A DNA stretch of 64,000 nt from Octopus sinensis (taxonomy: Eukaryota), in contig NW_021836126.1 in NCBI RefSeq assembly GCF_006345805.1, positions 248,001-312,000 of the forward strand, given 5' to 3'. Positions 10,566 to 20,903 of the stretch are shown here, one piece after another. The position numbers and the translations under genes were made by a program. Each line of letters starts with the position of its first letter. The stretch's first letter is position 1. A model generated the notes under the pieces. It was not told the DNA's origin. It worked only from the letters and a program-made list of their open reading frames with translations, and searched no databases.

Positions 10566-11915
10566 TTAGTAACCAGAGCATTCTGTGCGCTTGGTCTCAT
10601 TTAATCTATCCATATTATCCTCCTTTGATCTTCTCCTTTCTTTCTCGTCCGCCAAGGAGTATCTTGGAACACCACCTATGAATGTTATGTCAGGGTGTGA
10701 TATTGGCTCATAATTTGTGAAAACCTCAAGTAATGAGCCTTCTCTTTTTCTCTGCTTTCCAACTCGGGATTTAATGTGATCATACTCCTGAGGGGTCAAA
10801 TAAGGGTGGTATAGCATTCTTCTTCTCAATCTTACAACAAGAGAGGTGTAAGGATTTATCACTTTTGCTATATCTCGCTCCACCTTTTTGTATTCCTCTG
10901 TCTGGATTATCTCACAGTAAATCTCGTACTCTGCGTCTGTCAATCTTTTTCTTGGGTCCTCAGACGGCACATTTTTCGAAAGATCATACTTTATTGCTTT
11001 CTCGATAGCATATTCTTGCGCAGTGAGCGCTGGAGTTTCTCTTGTAGTTCTGTACGTTTCGTGCATAATGGCAAACAGAAAACCGTTAACCATCGCCTGA
11101 GGATTTGGAGTAATGGACCGTGAAAACATAAACTTCGGGTGTTTGATCATTGCTGCGATAGCACTGCTATACATGAAGTAACCAGGCAGAGACATGGAAC
11201 TGAAGGCTGAAGCTTTAACAAGACCTAATCCTTTCTGATATATACAGAGATGGTCAGGATCAAGAACTTCGAAGCAGTGGCCTATAAATCGACTGACTTC
11301 GTTGACATGTGCAGGGCGAATAGTGATTCAAACATGACAGCCCTTTCGAGTTCTCTTGGAAAGGCTGCACACAATAAGACCACCCTCGATAAAACAGCAT
11401 TTCCTGGGTTATAAAAAGGAATGGTACAAAAACGCAATGCGGACATTTGGGTCTTCTGGACAAGTGTATAACATTTTATCCAGAAGGCAGCAGAGTTTAT
11501 CAAGTCCCCTGTCAGGAAAATACTTTTGGTACATTTTAAGAACAAATGATCTTTCTGGCTGGTATGTTGGATCAAGATTCCTCATTACTGAATGATACCT
11601 CTCTATTAGAGGGTCGATCGCATCCGGATTTCTCTCAGCGGCATGTGCGAACCTCACTGGTGAGAGAGCCCTCATCAAAGCTACTCTCCATTCATCAATA
11701 GTCGCCCTCCCTCTTTCAGCTCCTGATTCCCCAAAGTTCATTGCCATTTCGGCAGTCTTTATCTTGAAGCCATATCCAACTAGAGAGTAACCAGTTATAT
11801 CCTGGTATTCCTCGGTAATCGTGACATCTCCAAAGTGGGCAGGCGCATCGAATGTGTAATTCATCAGGAAAATGGCGAGACTAGAAGTCACCAAGTTCTG
11901 GTTAAACTCCGTCAT
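10566..11915 (-). other. Endogenous viral element: rhabdovirus-like (Mononegavirales) nucleoprotein, ~449 aa after two homopolymer corrections
   Basis: Intronless and GC-richer than its flanks. LGLVKASAFSSMSLPGYFMY (11169-11231) aligns ungapped to the rhabdovirus N GLSxKSPYSSxxNPxF motif as recalled. C-terminal HIKSRVGKQRKREGSLLEVFTNY resembles the N C-terminal motif. Frameshifts at 11413-11417 (+1) and 11314-11316 (-1). Confidence 0.75.
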
Positions 11916-12115
11916 TTAATTACCGCCCGATCATTTCTCGTGTACTTATACTTTAACTCAATTGTGAAAGGCCTGTACTCTCTTGCGGAAGTACCAACCT
12001 CCATCTTGACATTTATGTTCAGGAGGATTGGTCCCCGCTCATATAAACTTTCTGATAATTTGGGTTTTCCCAATTTGCATCTTTTGGCTTTGCCTGACCC
12101 CAAAATATTTATCAT
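11912..12115 (-). CDS. Short basic ORF, possibly a rhabdovirus matrix-like N-terminal fragment
   Basis: MINILGSGKAKRCKLG..YE..LLNINVKMEV; its TGA overlaps the N-like ATG (ATGA). Similarity to vesiculovirus M is by eye only. Confidence 0.35.
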   Translation of the reverse strand: MINILGSGKAKRCKLGKPKLSESLYERGPILLNINVKMEVGTSAREYRPFTIELKYKYTRNDRAVIK

Positions 12116-12184
12116 TCTTTTCTTTTTCCCCTTATTTCTAGTTAATAAATTTATTAAATTGTCCTAGCCAATTTAAAAATATCT

Positions 12185-12295
12185 TGTCGGGAGGAATGGA
12201 ATAAAATTCCCAAAGAACAATGCTTTAAATTAACAAAAACAACGAAGATTAAAGGCAGTAATTGTTGCGAAAGGTCATGCACCATAATATTAATG
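12185..12295 (+). mobile_element. Tc1 transposase C-terminal remnant
   Basis: EWNKIPKEQCFKL..AVIVAKGH across a frameshift. Confidence 0.5.
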
Positions 12296-12389
12296 ATGTA
12301 TCTTTGCCAACAGTTTTTGCTCATTAATAGCATTAGTAAATTAAAAAATGGTCATCTCTTAGTCATCTCTTAAACAACTTTCCCTTCAA

Positions 12390-12573
12390 TTCTAGAACCG
12401 ACGGGCCTTGTCTTTGAAGATGCCAAACGTCCAGACGGCTGTACACTTTTCGCTTTTGAATCCGGGAAGCAGCTCGGTTGGGACGTCACCTGTCCGACTC
12501 TTTCGCCAAGGGAGCCTTGAATTCAACGGCTTGTCGTCCCGGTTCGTCAGCCGAGAAGGCCGAATTCGCTTAA
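12390..12573 (+). mobile_element. CRE-like REL endonuclease fragment
   Basis: [35 protein letters not shown]. Confidence 0.6.
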
Positions 12574-13371
12574 TATGTTAGAGATTTAAAATTATTTTTT
12601 ATATTGTGAAACTTTCTAATTTTGTAAAAAATGATTAAAAATAATGGACCATAGGCCGTGAATAGTCCATGTTGATGATCCCGCTTTAATGTAATCTTTA
12701 TTCTTATTGATTACTAGCTCGGCAGCTCGCTTCGCTCACCGCGACCTAGCTCCTGCGGAGGGCCTGTTTCATCAAACAACTATAAGTTTATGTAGATGTA
12801 TAAAACTACCTGGTTTAATGTAACCCTATTCTATCGCCTGTTGATAAACGATGTTTGTCGTCCGTCCTTCCTTGGCATATATGAATAAATTTTCTCTTCT
12901 GCCTACCCTCGAGCATCCCACATACAGCTGTCCATGTGAAAAGCACTCACTCTAAAAATAACCCAACTACCTTTAATGACTGTCCCTGGGCCTTGTTTAT
13001 TGTCATTGCAAACTTTTTTTTCATTTTTTGTGGTTTATTTTTTTTTATATTTAATTTTTTCATTTTTCCTTTGTAATTTCCTTTTTTTTCTTTTTTTATT
13101 TTTTACTGGCGGAAATGGGGCAGGGGGAGATGCGGCAGGCGGAAATGCGGCAGGCAAGAAAGCGACACACAAAAAAGATTTAATTAATTACCTTATTAAG
13201 CTGACCGTTTTTTCTTCAGCTTCGTTTTTCCTCCTTCGGTTATCTATTTAAAAAATTATTTTTGAATAATAAAAAAGTTTAGGAAAAGAGGCATACCGAA
13301 AATAAATTCTATCTTTACGAAAAACTCAAGTAAATAGTTAATATTTTTACGCAAATTCTTCTGATTGCGCT

Positions 13372-13678
13372 GTCAATTGGTGGTAAATTGTGTTAATGAT
13401 TGTGCTAATGTGGTTTCAACTATCAAAGTGTTTTTAAAAATCTGTTAATTGCACACTCTATTCAAGGTCGTGCGTCAATTGGTGGTAAATTGTGTTAATG
13501 ATTGTGCTAATGTGGTTTCAACTATCAAAGTGTTTTTCAAAATCTGTTAATTGCACACTCTATTCAAGGTCGTGCGTCAATTGGTGGTAAATTGTGTTAA
13601 TGATTGTGCTAATGTGGTTTCAACTATCAAAGTGGTTTTTCAAAATCTGTTAATTGCACACTCTATTCAAAGTCGTGC
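13372..13678. repeat. 102-bp tandem repeat x3 inside the Helitron
   Basis: GTCAATTGGTGGTAAATTGTG starts at 13372, 13474 and 13576. Confidence 0.95.
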
Positions 13679-13888
13679 AATCTGTGATTGCACATTCTGT
13701 CAAAGTCAAATATGATAATAGCTTTAATTTTGATTCATGGTCGATAATGATATATGCAATTAATTTTAAAGAGAAAAACATAGGATGAATTGAATTTCTT
13801 TATCGCGAATAATTGGGAGTTCATCATTGTTAATATTCTCGCTGTCGTTTTCATCAAGGATATTCTTAATACGTGAGATTTTTGCCTT

Positions 13889-14877
13889 GAAGGTTTTAAT
13901 GGACCTCATCATGAATGTCGAGGACATTCGCGTTGTTCATTTTAATCAAAATGCAGAAAATAATTTTTTTGATTTTTTGGGGGGAAGGTTTTAAGGACTT
14001 CATCATGTAAGTCGAGGACATTGTAGTTGTTCATTTTAACCAAAATGCAGAAAATTTTTTTTTAATTTTTTTGGGGGGAAGGTTTTAAGGACTTCATCAT
14101 GTAAGTCGAGGACATCGTAGTTGTTCATTTTAACCAAAATGCAGAAAATTTTTTTTTAATTTTTTTGGGGGGGAAGGTTTTAAGGACTTCATCATGTAAG
14201 TCGAGGACATCGTAGTTGTTCATTTTAACCAAAATGCAGAAAATTTTTTTTTAATTTTTTGGGGGGAAGGTTTTAAGGACTTCATCATGTAAGTCGAGGA
14301 CATTGTAGTTGTTCATTTTAACCAAAATGCAGAAAATTTTTTTAAATTTTTTTTGGGGGGGAAGGTTTTAAGGACTTCATCATGTAAGTCGAGGACATTG
14401 TAGTTATTCATTTTAACCAAAATGCAGAAAATTTTTTTTTAATTTTTTTTGGGGGGAAGGTTTTAAGGACTTCATCATGTAAGTCGAGGACATTGTAGTT
14501 GTTCATTTTAACCAAAATGCAGAAAATTTTTTTTTAATTTTTTTGGGGGGAAGGTTTTAAGGACTTCATCATGTAAGTCGAGGACATTGTAGTTGTTCAT
14601 TTTAACCAAAATGCAGAAAATTTTTTTTTAATTTTTTTTGGGTGGGAAGGTTTTAAGGACCTCATCATGTAAGTCGAGGACATCGTAGTTGTTCATTTTG
14701 ACCAAAACGCAGAAAAATTTTTTTTAATTTTTTTGGGGGGGAAGGTTTTAAGGACCTCATCATGTAAGTCGAGGACATCGTAGTTGTTCATTTTGACCAA
14801 AACGCAGAAAAATTTTTTTTAATTTTTTTTGGGGGGAAGGTTTTAAGGACCTCATCATGTAAGTCGAGGACATCGTA
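13889..14877. repeat. ~94-bp satellite, 10 units plus 1 degenerate
   Basis: Unit GGGGGAAGGTTTTAAGGACTTCATCATGTAAGTCGAGGACATTGTAGTTGTTCATTTTAACCAAAATGCAGAAAA(T)nAA(T)n. Confidence 0.95.
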
Positions 14878-14931
14878 TTGCCAATTTGAAGTTGGTGTGC
14901 ACACACAGACAGACAGACACACAGACAGACA

Positions 14932-17900
14932 GCTGGATTAAAATTATGATAATTAATTATTAGAGGCTTTTTTTACTAATTTGTATAAACAAAACCAACC
15001 AATTCAATTTATTCAGTTAACGTATACGTTTGAATATTGTTATTTGTTTTAGGTTTATACTAATAAATTTTTCGGGTAAATTTATCGTTAATTTTTAATA
15101 AAAACTTTGACACCTTAAAAGCACAGTCGTTCCAAGCTTCAAGGATATAATCTCTCCTTATGCTATTGAAAGTGTTGCGTAAATTGACCTTCATGTCTGC
15201 GTGGAGGGAGTTGAGTGCTAAGTTAGAAGAAAGCGTAAACTGGGGCCTCGAAACCGTTTGTGATCCTCACCCCGAATTCGGTGCTGAGGCTAGGGCATAC
15301 ACTCCTCGCTGCCTATTTAGCAGTCAGAGGACAGAAGTAGTTTTCAATTCCTATGGGATGGCTTTTTTCGGAATGCGAGTAAATGTGCCGAGAAGAGCAT
15401 GTTCCTGCGAAGTGTGAAATCCCACCGCTCCGTATCCTGCCAACTAAAGCGGCTATAGCGGATATCAGGCTCTTGCCTCCCTCACAGTCAAGGGACTCGT
15501 TCTGGGACGACTTAGAATTTGTCCAAAGTAAAGTAGAAACCAGCAGAACAACTTTACGAAAGAATACGAGTTGGCATCGAGTTCATCAAAACACCCGCTG
15601 TTACTTTTACTCCACGAACAGTCTATCAACTACTGTCCTGAAACTGAACAGACCGATTAGTCATAATGTAATAATGTGACTTAAATACTCCAGTAGTACT
15701 CAAAGCCCAACATGATTCCTTGTCCTTTCCATAGGAAAAAGCACATACGATTCAGATACACCACACCAACAAATGTAAGGCTATCAAAGTTATTAGGAAA
15801 ATTGCTTTCAGACAACGTGGCGTCGTGAAAACCACCAAAATGTTGGTTCCCAGTCTAATTCATATCTTTTTAACGAAATGTAAAGCTCTTGCAAGTGTTC
15901 CATCCCCAAATACCTCTTGGAGTGACTTGATAAAACATGTTGCGGGGATTATGAGTTATAACAAACCTGTTTTATACCAGTCTTTAGACAGGATGAAATC
16001 TAAATGAATTTCTGTGATAAATTTCAAAATGAATGAATCATTCCAAGCTTTCTTCATCGTCCATACAACAAAAATAAGAAGAGGGAAGATGGAGCAGAAG
16101 AAACATATGACTTCGTTTAGATTAGTTAGTTCCTTGGTAACATGTTCTCTTTCTGTCTTAATCTTTCTATAAAAAAAGTGTGGGCGGCCTGAGCTAGATA
16201 TCAACATCTCGTTTACATCTTGCAGCAGTGGTATTTACGATGATTGAGAGTCAAATAATCTAATTGAAATATCAAAATGTTCTTCGTAGACTTGATCACT
16301 TTCCTTTTGGTCAGATATTTCTGAGATCAAGTAAAGATGAACAGAAATTTTATTTTCTTAATCGTCGTAGGCATAAAATTCAAATTATATATAAAGTTAA
16401 TTAGAGTACAATTTAATGATATACTAAAAGATGCTTTTAAATAAATAAATTAAAATAATATTTTTAATACAACAAAACATTATGACTGCTACGGACATTA
16501 AAACATATTTTAAATATGTAACTGTCACTCGAACAAACTCAAAATTTTTAAGAAACTCAAAATATCCTATCCAAAAAATATTTTGATTTTGCCTTAATGT
16601 CCCATTGAACTTCAAATAATTCCATTTGATTGATTGAAAACTAAAAATATATTATTTCATCTCACATATAACGTTTATTTCATGTTTGAAGCTCAATCTT
16701 CATCTATATCTGCAATCACATTATTCAAAAATAAAACCAATAGACAAGCATTCCCAAATGTCCCTTTTTATTAGGAGATCTATGGAAGAGAGGTTGTGGA
16801 TAGACATGAAAAAAGTCAATAGTATTATTTTTGTTAATGGATAACTTGACATTTTAATTCTGATTCCAATCTAAAATTATTTTTTTATAAAAAAAACTTA
16901 AAATTTCCGACTACCTTCTTTAAAAGAAAGAGACCCTGAACTGCCAGCAGTGTCGAGAGAAAACTTGTCCGACCAACAGCAATTTCCAACTTTAATCGAA
17001 AGCTGTTCAAAATTAATTTTAATACCAAAAAACCGCGCTGGACGAATCGAATGCACGAGTATCAAATAGGAGATAATTGCTGCAGATATCAGGATGTCCA
17101 TATGTCGACTTGTTCTTAATCATAAAAAAATTAAAAGTAACTATTTTATAAGTTATATTTAATCCAGTCTTATTGAGCATCCAATAGGGAGAATAAACAT
17201 CCCACGTCACCAATCCTTCTCTAACCGTACAGGACAGTCTGAGTGATTAAATTAGCAAATTAGCTGAATTTATTTCTCACAATCTTTCCACTCTGAGATC
17301 TGAATTCCAAATATTTAATGTTTGATTCAACAAAATTCGCGACGGAGACACAACATTCCCAAACTTCAGTCAAATAATCAAAGAGCTGGCAAAAAGAATT
17401 AAAAATACCTTCAAAAAATAAAATTACCGACCAAATAGATATCAGACTGAGAATCGGAATCCACAAAAGTGTATGAATCATAACAAGACAAATATGCGAT
17501 TCAATATGGCAGAAGATTACGGATTCTAAGAACAGGAAACAGTCCAATTGTTGTAGATACGTCTAAAACTCCAGTTTCGTCATTTAAGATGAAATTTTCA
17601 TCCAAAAATGACTAAAACATGAAATTTCCCTAAAAACCGAATATGTAAAAATAATGTTCGCATTCACGTCAGAACAGTCCACATTCTGACGACCCTTAAA
17701 ATCATCTGATTTATTAATTTGAACGGATTTAGATGGAACAACTATTCTAAAACATCAAATAAAAAAATACTCTTTATGCAGAATAGGAGAACATAAAACC
17801 TTTCCATCACACATATTAAGAAAAGGAATAGAGAGATATATAGACTTTCCCGCATAAACAATCATTTTCTCTGATCCTTCCAGATAGACACAAAAATCGA

Positions 17901-18415
17901 GTGAGTGATTATTGCAAATCTACGATTCAAAATGATTAATATCACCTCCACAGTAGACCGTAAAATTATCCCCAATCCAAGCTGGAGTGTTACTACGTCG
18001 ATCATAAGCTGGATTATTTGTCCCGTTTCAAAATTTTTTAGGTTAAGTACAGTCTTGTGTGCACCTCTCACCTTGATCACAAAACAATCTCCATGTTCTT
18101 TCAACTATCACATTATTTATAATTTTTGACTTTGAGTGTGAACATTTTTGATTTATATTCAGATTTCTTTGAAAATTCAAGATATTTTTCTTTGGAAAGA
18201 AAATCGTTATTTCTGTTAAAAACTCTCAAATCATCAGTTCCCGGCATTATAACAGTCGATTTTTCTCCCGTCGATGTCATTAGAATTTCGTCAAATATAA
18301 TTTTAACAGGAATTCCTCAATATTTTGAAAATACAAATTCTGGTTTATTTTCGTGAGTTCCGAAACTAATGTTAATCAATTCTGATGAATCATCAAATTC
18401 CTAAAATATACAACA
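14932..18415. repeat. Duplicated ~3.5-kb inter-Helitron segment, copy A
   Basis: Direct near-identical copy of 20904-24379. Confidence 0.95.
16640..18415 (-). pseudogene. VPS13: VPS13 internal (VAB/SHR-binding repeat) fragment, duplicate copy
   Basis: ILRSTVE-ICNN, IRNLLPY*IAY, VYSPYWMLNKTGL, WSDKFSLDTAG; 24-26-nt introns; stops and frameshifts. Confidence 0.8.
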
Positions 18416-20903
18416 CTAGCTCGGCAGCTCGCTTCGCTCACCGCGACCTAGCTCCTGCGGAGGGCCTGTTTCATCAAACAACTATAAGTTTATGTAGATG
18501 TATAAAACTACCTGGTTTAATGTAACCCTATTCTATCGCCTGTTGATAAACGATGTTTGTCGTCCGTCCTTCCTTGGCATATATGAATAAATTTTCTCTT
18601 CTGCCTACCCTCGAGCATCCCACATACAGCTGTCCATGTGAAAAGCACTCACTCTAAAAATAACCCAACTACCTTTAATGACTGTCCCTGGGCCTTGTTT
18701 ATTGTCATTGCAAACTTTTTTTTTCATTTTTTGTGGTTTATTTTTTTTTATATTTAATTTTTTCATTTTTCCTTTGTAATTTCCTTTTTTTTCTTTTTTT
18801 ATTTTTTACTGGCGGAAATGCGGCAGGCGGAAATGCGGCAGGCAAGAAAGCGACACACAAAAAAGATTTAATTAATTACCTTATTAAGCTGACCGTTTTT
18901 TCTTCAGCTTCGTTTTTCCTCCTTCGGTTATCTATTTAAAAAATTATTTTTGAATAATAAAAAAGTTTAGGAAAAGAGGCATACCGAAAATAAATTCTAT
19001 CTTTACGAAAAACTCAAGTAAATAGTTAATATTTTTACGCAAATTCTTCTGATTGCGCTGTCAATTGGTGGTAAATTGTGTTAATGATTGTGCTAATGTG
19101 GTTTCAACTATCAAAGTGTTTTTAAAAATCTGTTAATTGCACACTCTATTCAAGGTCGTGCGTCAATTGGTGGTAAATTGTGTTAATGATTGTGCTAATG
19201 TGGTTTCAACTATCAAAGTGTTTTTCAAAATCTGTTAATTGCACACTCTATTCAAGGTCGTGCGTCAATTGGTGGTAAATTGTGTTAATGATTGTGCTAA
19301 TGTGGTTTCAACTATCAAAGTGGTTTTTCAAAATCTGTTAATTGCACACTCTATTCAAAGTCGTGCAATCTGTGATTGCACATTCTGTCAAAGTCAAATA
19401 TGATAATAGCTTTAATTTTGATTCATGGTCGATAATGATATATGCAATTAATTTTAAAGAGAAAAACATAGGATGAATTGAATTTCTTTATCGCGAATAA
19501 TTGGGAGTTCATCATTGTTAATATTCTCGCTGTCGTTTTCATCAAGGATATTCTTAATACGTGAGATTTTTGCCTTGAAGGTTTTAATGGACCTCATCAT
19601 GAATGTCGAGGACATTCGCGTTGTTCATTTTAATCAAATGCAGAAAATAATTTTTTGATTTTTTGGGGGGAAGGTTTTAAGGACTTCATCATGTAAGTCG
19701 AGGACATTGTAGTTGTTCATTTTAACCAAAATGCAGAAAATTTTTTTTTAATTTTTTTGGGGGGGAAGGTTTTAAGGACTTCATCATGTAAGTCGAGGAC
19801 ATCGTAGTTGTTCATTTTAACCAAAATGCAGAAAATTTTTTTTAATTTTTTTGGGGGGGAAGGTTTTAAGGACTTCATCATGTAAGTCGAGGACATCGTA
19901 GTTGTTCATTTTAACCAAAATGCAGAAAATTTTTTTTTAATTTTTTTGGGGGGAAGGTTTTAAGGACTTCATCATGTAAGTCGAGGACATTGTAGTTGTT
20001 CATTTTAACCAAAATGCAGAAAATTTTTTTTAATTTTTTTTGGGGGGAAGGTTTTAAGGACTTCATCATGTAAGTCGAGGACATTGTAGTTGTTCATTTT
20101 AACCAAAATGCAGAAAATTTTTTTTAATTTTTTTTGGGGGGAAGGTTTTAAGGACTTCATCATGTAAGTCGAGGACATTGTAGTTGTTCATTTTAACCAA
20201 AATGCAGAAAATTTTTTTTTAATTTTTTTGGGGGGGAAGGTTTTAAGGACTTCATCATGTAAGTCGAGGACATTGTAGTTGTTCATTTTAACCAAAATGC
20301 AGAAAATTTTTTTTAATTTTTTTTGGGGGGGAAGGTTTTAAGGACCTCATCATGTAAGTCGAGGACATCGTAGTTGTTCATTTTGACCAAAACGCAGAAA
20401 AATTTTTTTTAATTTTTTTTGGGGGGAAGGTTTTAAGGACCTCATCATGTAAGTCGAGGACATCGTAGTTGTTCATTTTGACCAAAACGCAGAAAAATTT
20501 TTTTTAATTTTTTTTGGGGGGGAAGGTTTTAAGGACCTCATCATGTAAGTCGAGGACATCGTAGTTGTTCATTTTGACCAAAACGCAGAAAATTTTTTTT
20601 AATTTTTTTTGGGTGGGAAGGTTTTAAGGACCTCATCATGTAAGTCGAGGACATCGTAGTTGTTCATTTTGACCAAAACGCAGAAAAATTTTTTTTAATT
20701 TTTTTTGGGGGGGAAGGTTTTAAGGACCTCATCATGTAAGTCGAGGACATCGTAGTTGTTCATTTTGACCAAAACGCAGAAAAATTTTTTTTAATTTTTT
20801 TTGGGGGGAAGGTTTTAAGGACCTCATCATGTAAGTCGAGGACATCGTATTGCCAATTTGAAGTTGGTGTGCACACACAGACAGACAGACACACAGACAG
20901 ACA
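18416..20903 (-). mobile_element. Non-autonomous Helitron copy 2 (lacks the first ~26 nt)
   Basis: Same structure as copy 1; 3 x 102-bp repeat (19060-19366); satellite of 13+1 units (19577-20849). Confidence 0.85.

Larger units (their letters stand above)
12714..14931 (-). mobile_element. Non-autonomous Helitron copy 1 (lacks the first ~26 nt)
   Basis: 3' CTAG|T end with a GC-rich subterminal GCGAAGC motif; PIF1 helicase C-terminus [22 protein letters not shown]; 5' end broken within the (CAGA)n microsatellite. Confidence 0.85.

Noticed and set aside
11400-11800. Influenza NP-like words GYSLVG, RIA and NPGNA in the EVE
   Set aside because: They are short, and their order and spacing do not match orthomyxovirus NP; the longer ungapped match is to rhabdovirus N.
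12976-13251. Phe-rich, membrane-like ORF (also 18733..18939 and 24666..24944)
   Set aside because: It is the translation of T-rich low-complexity Helitron sequence.
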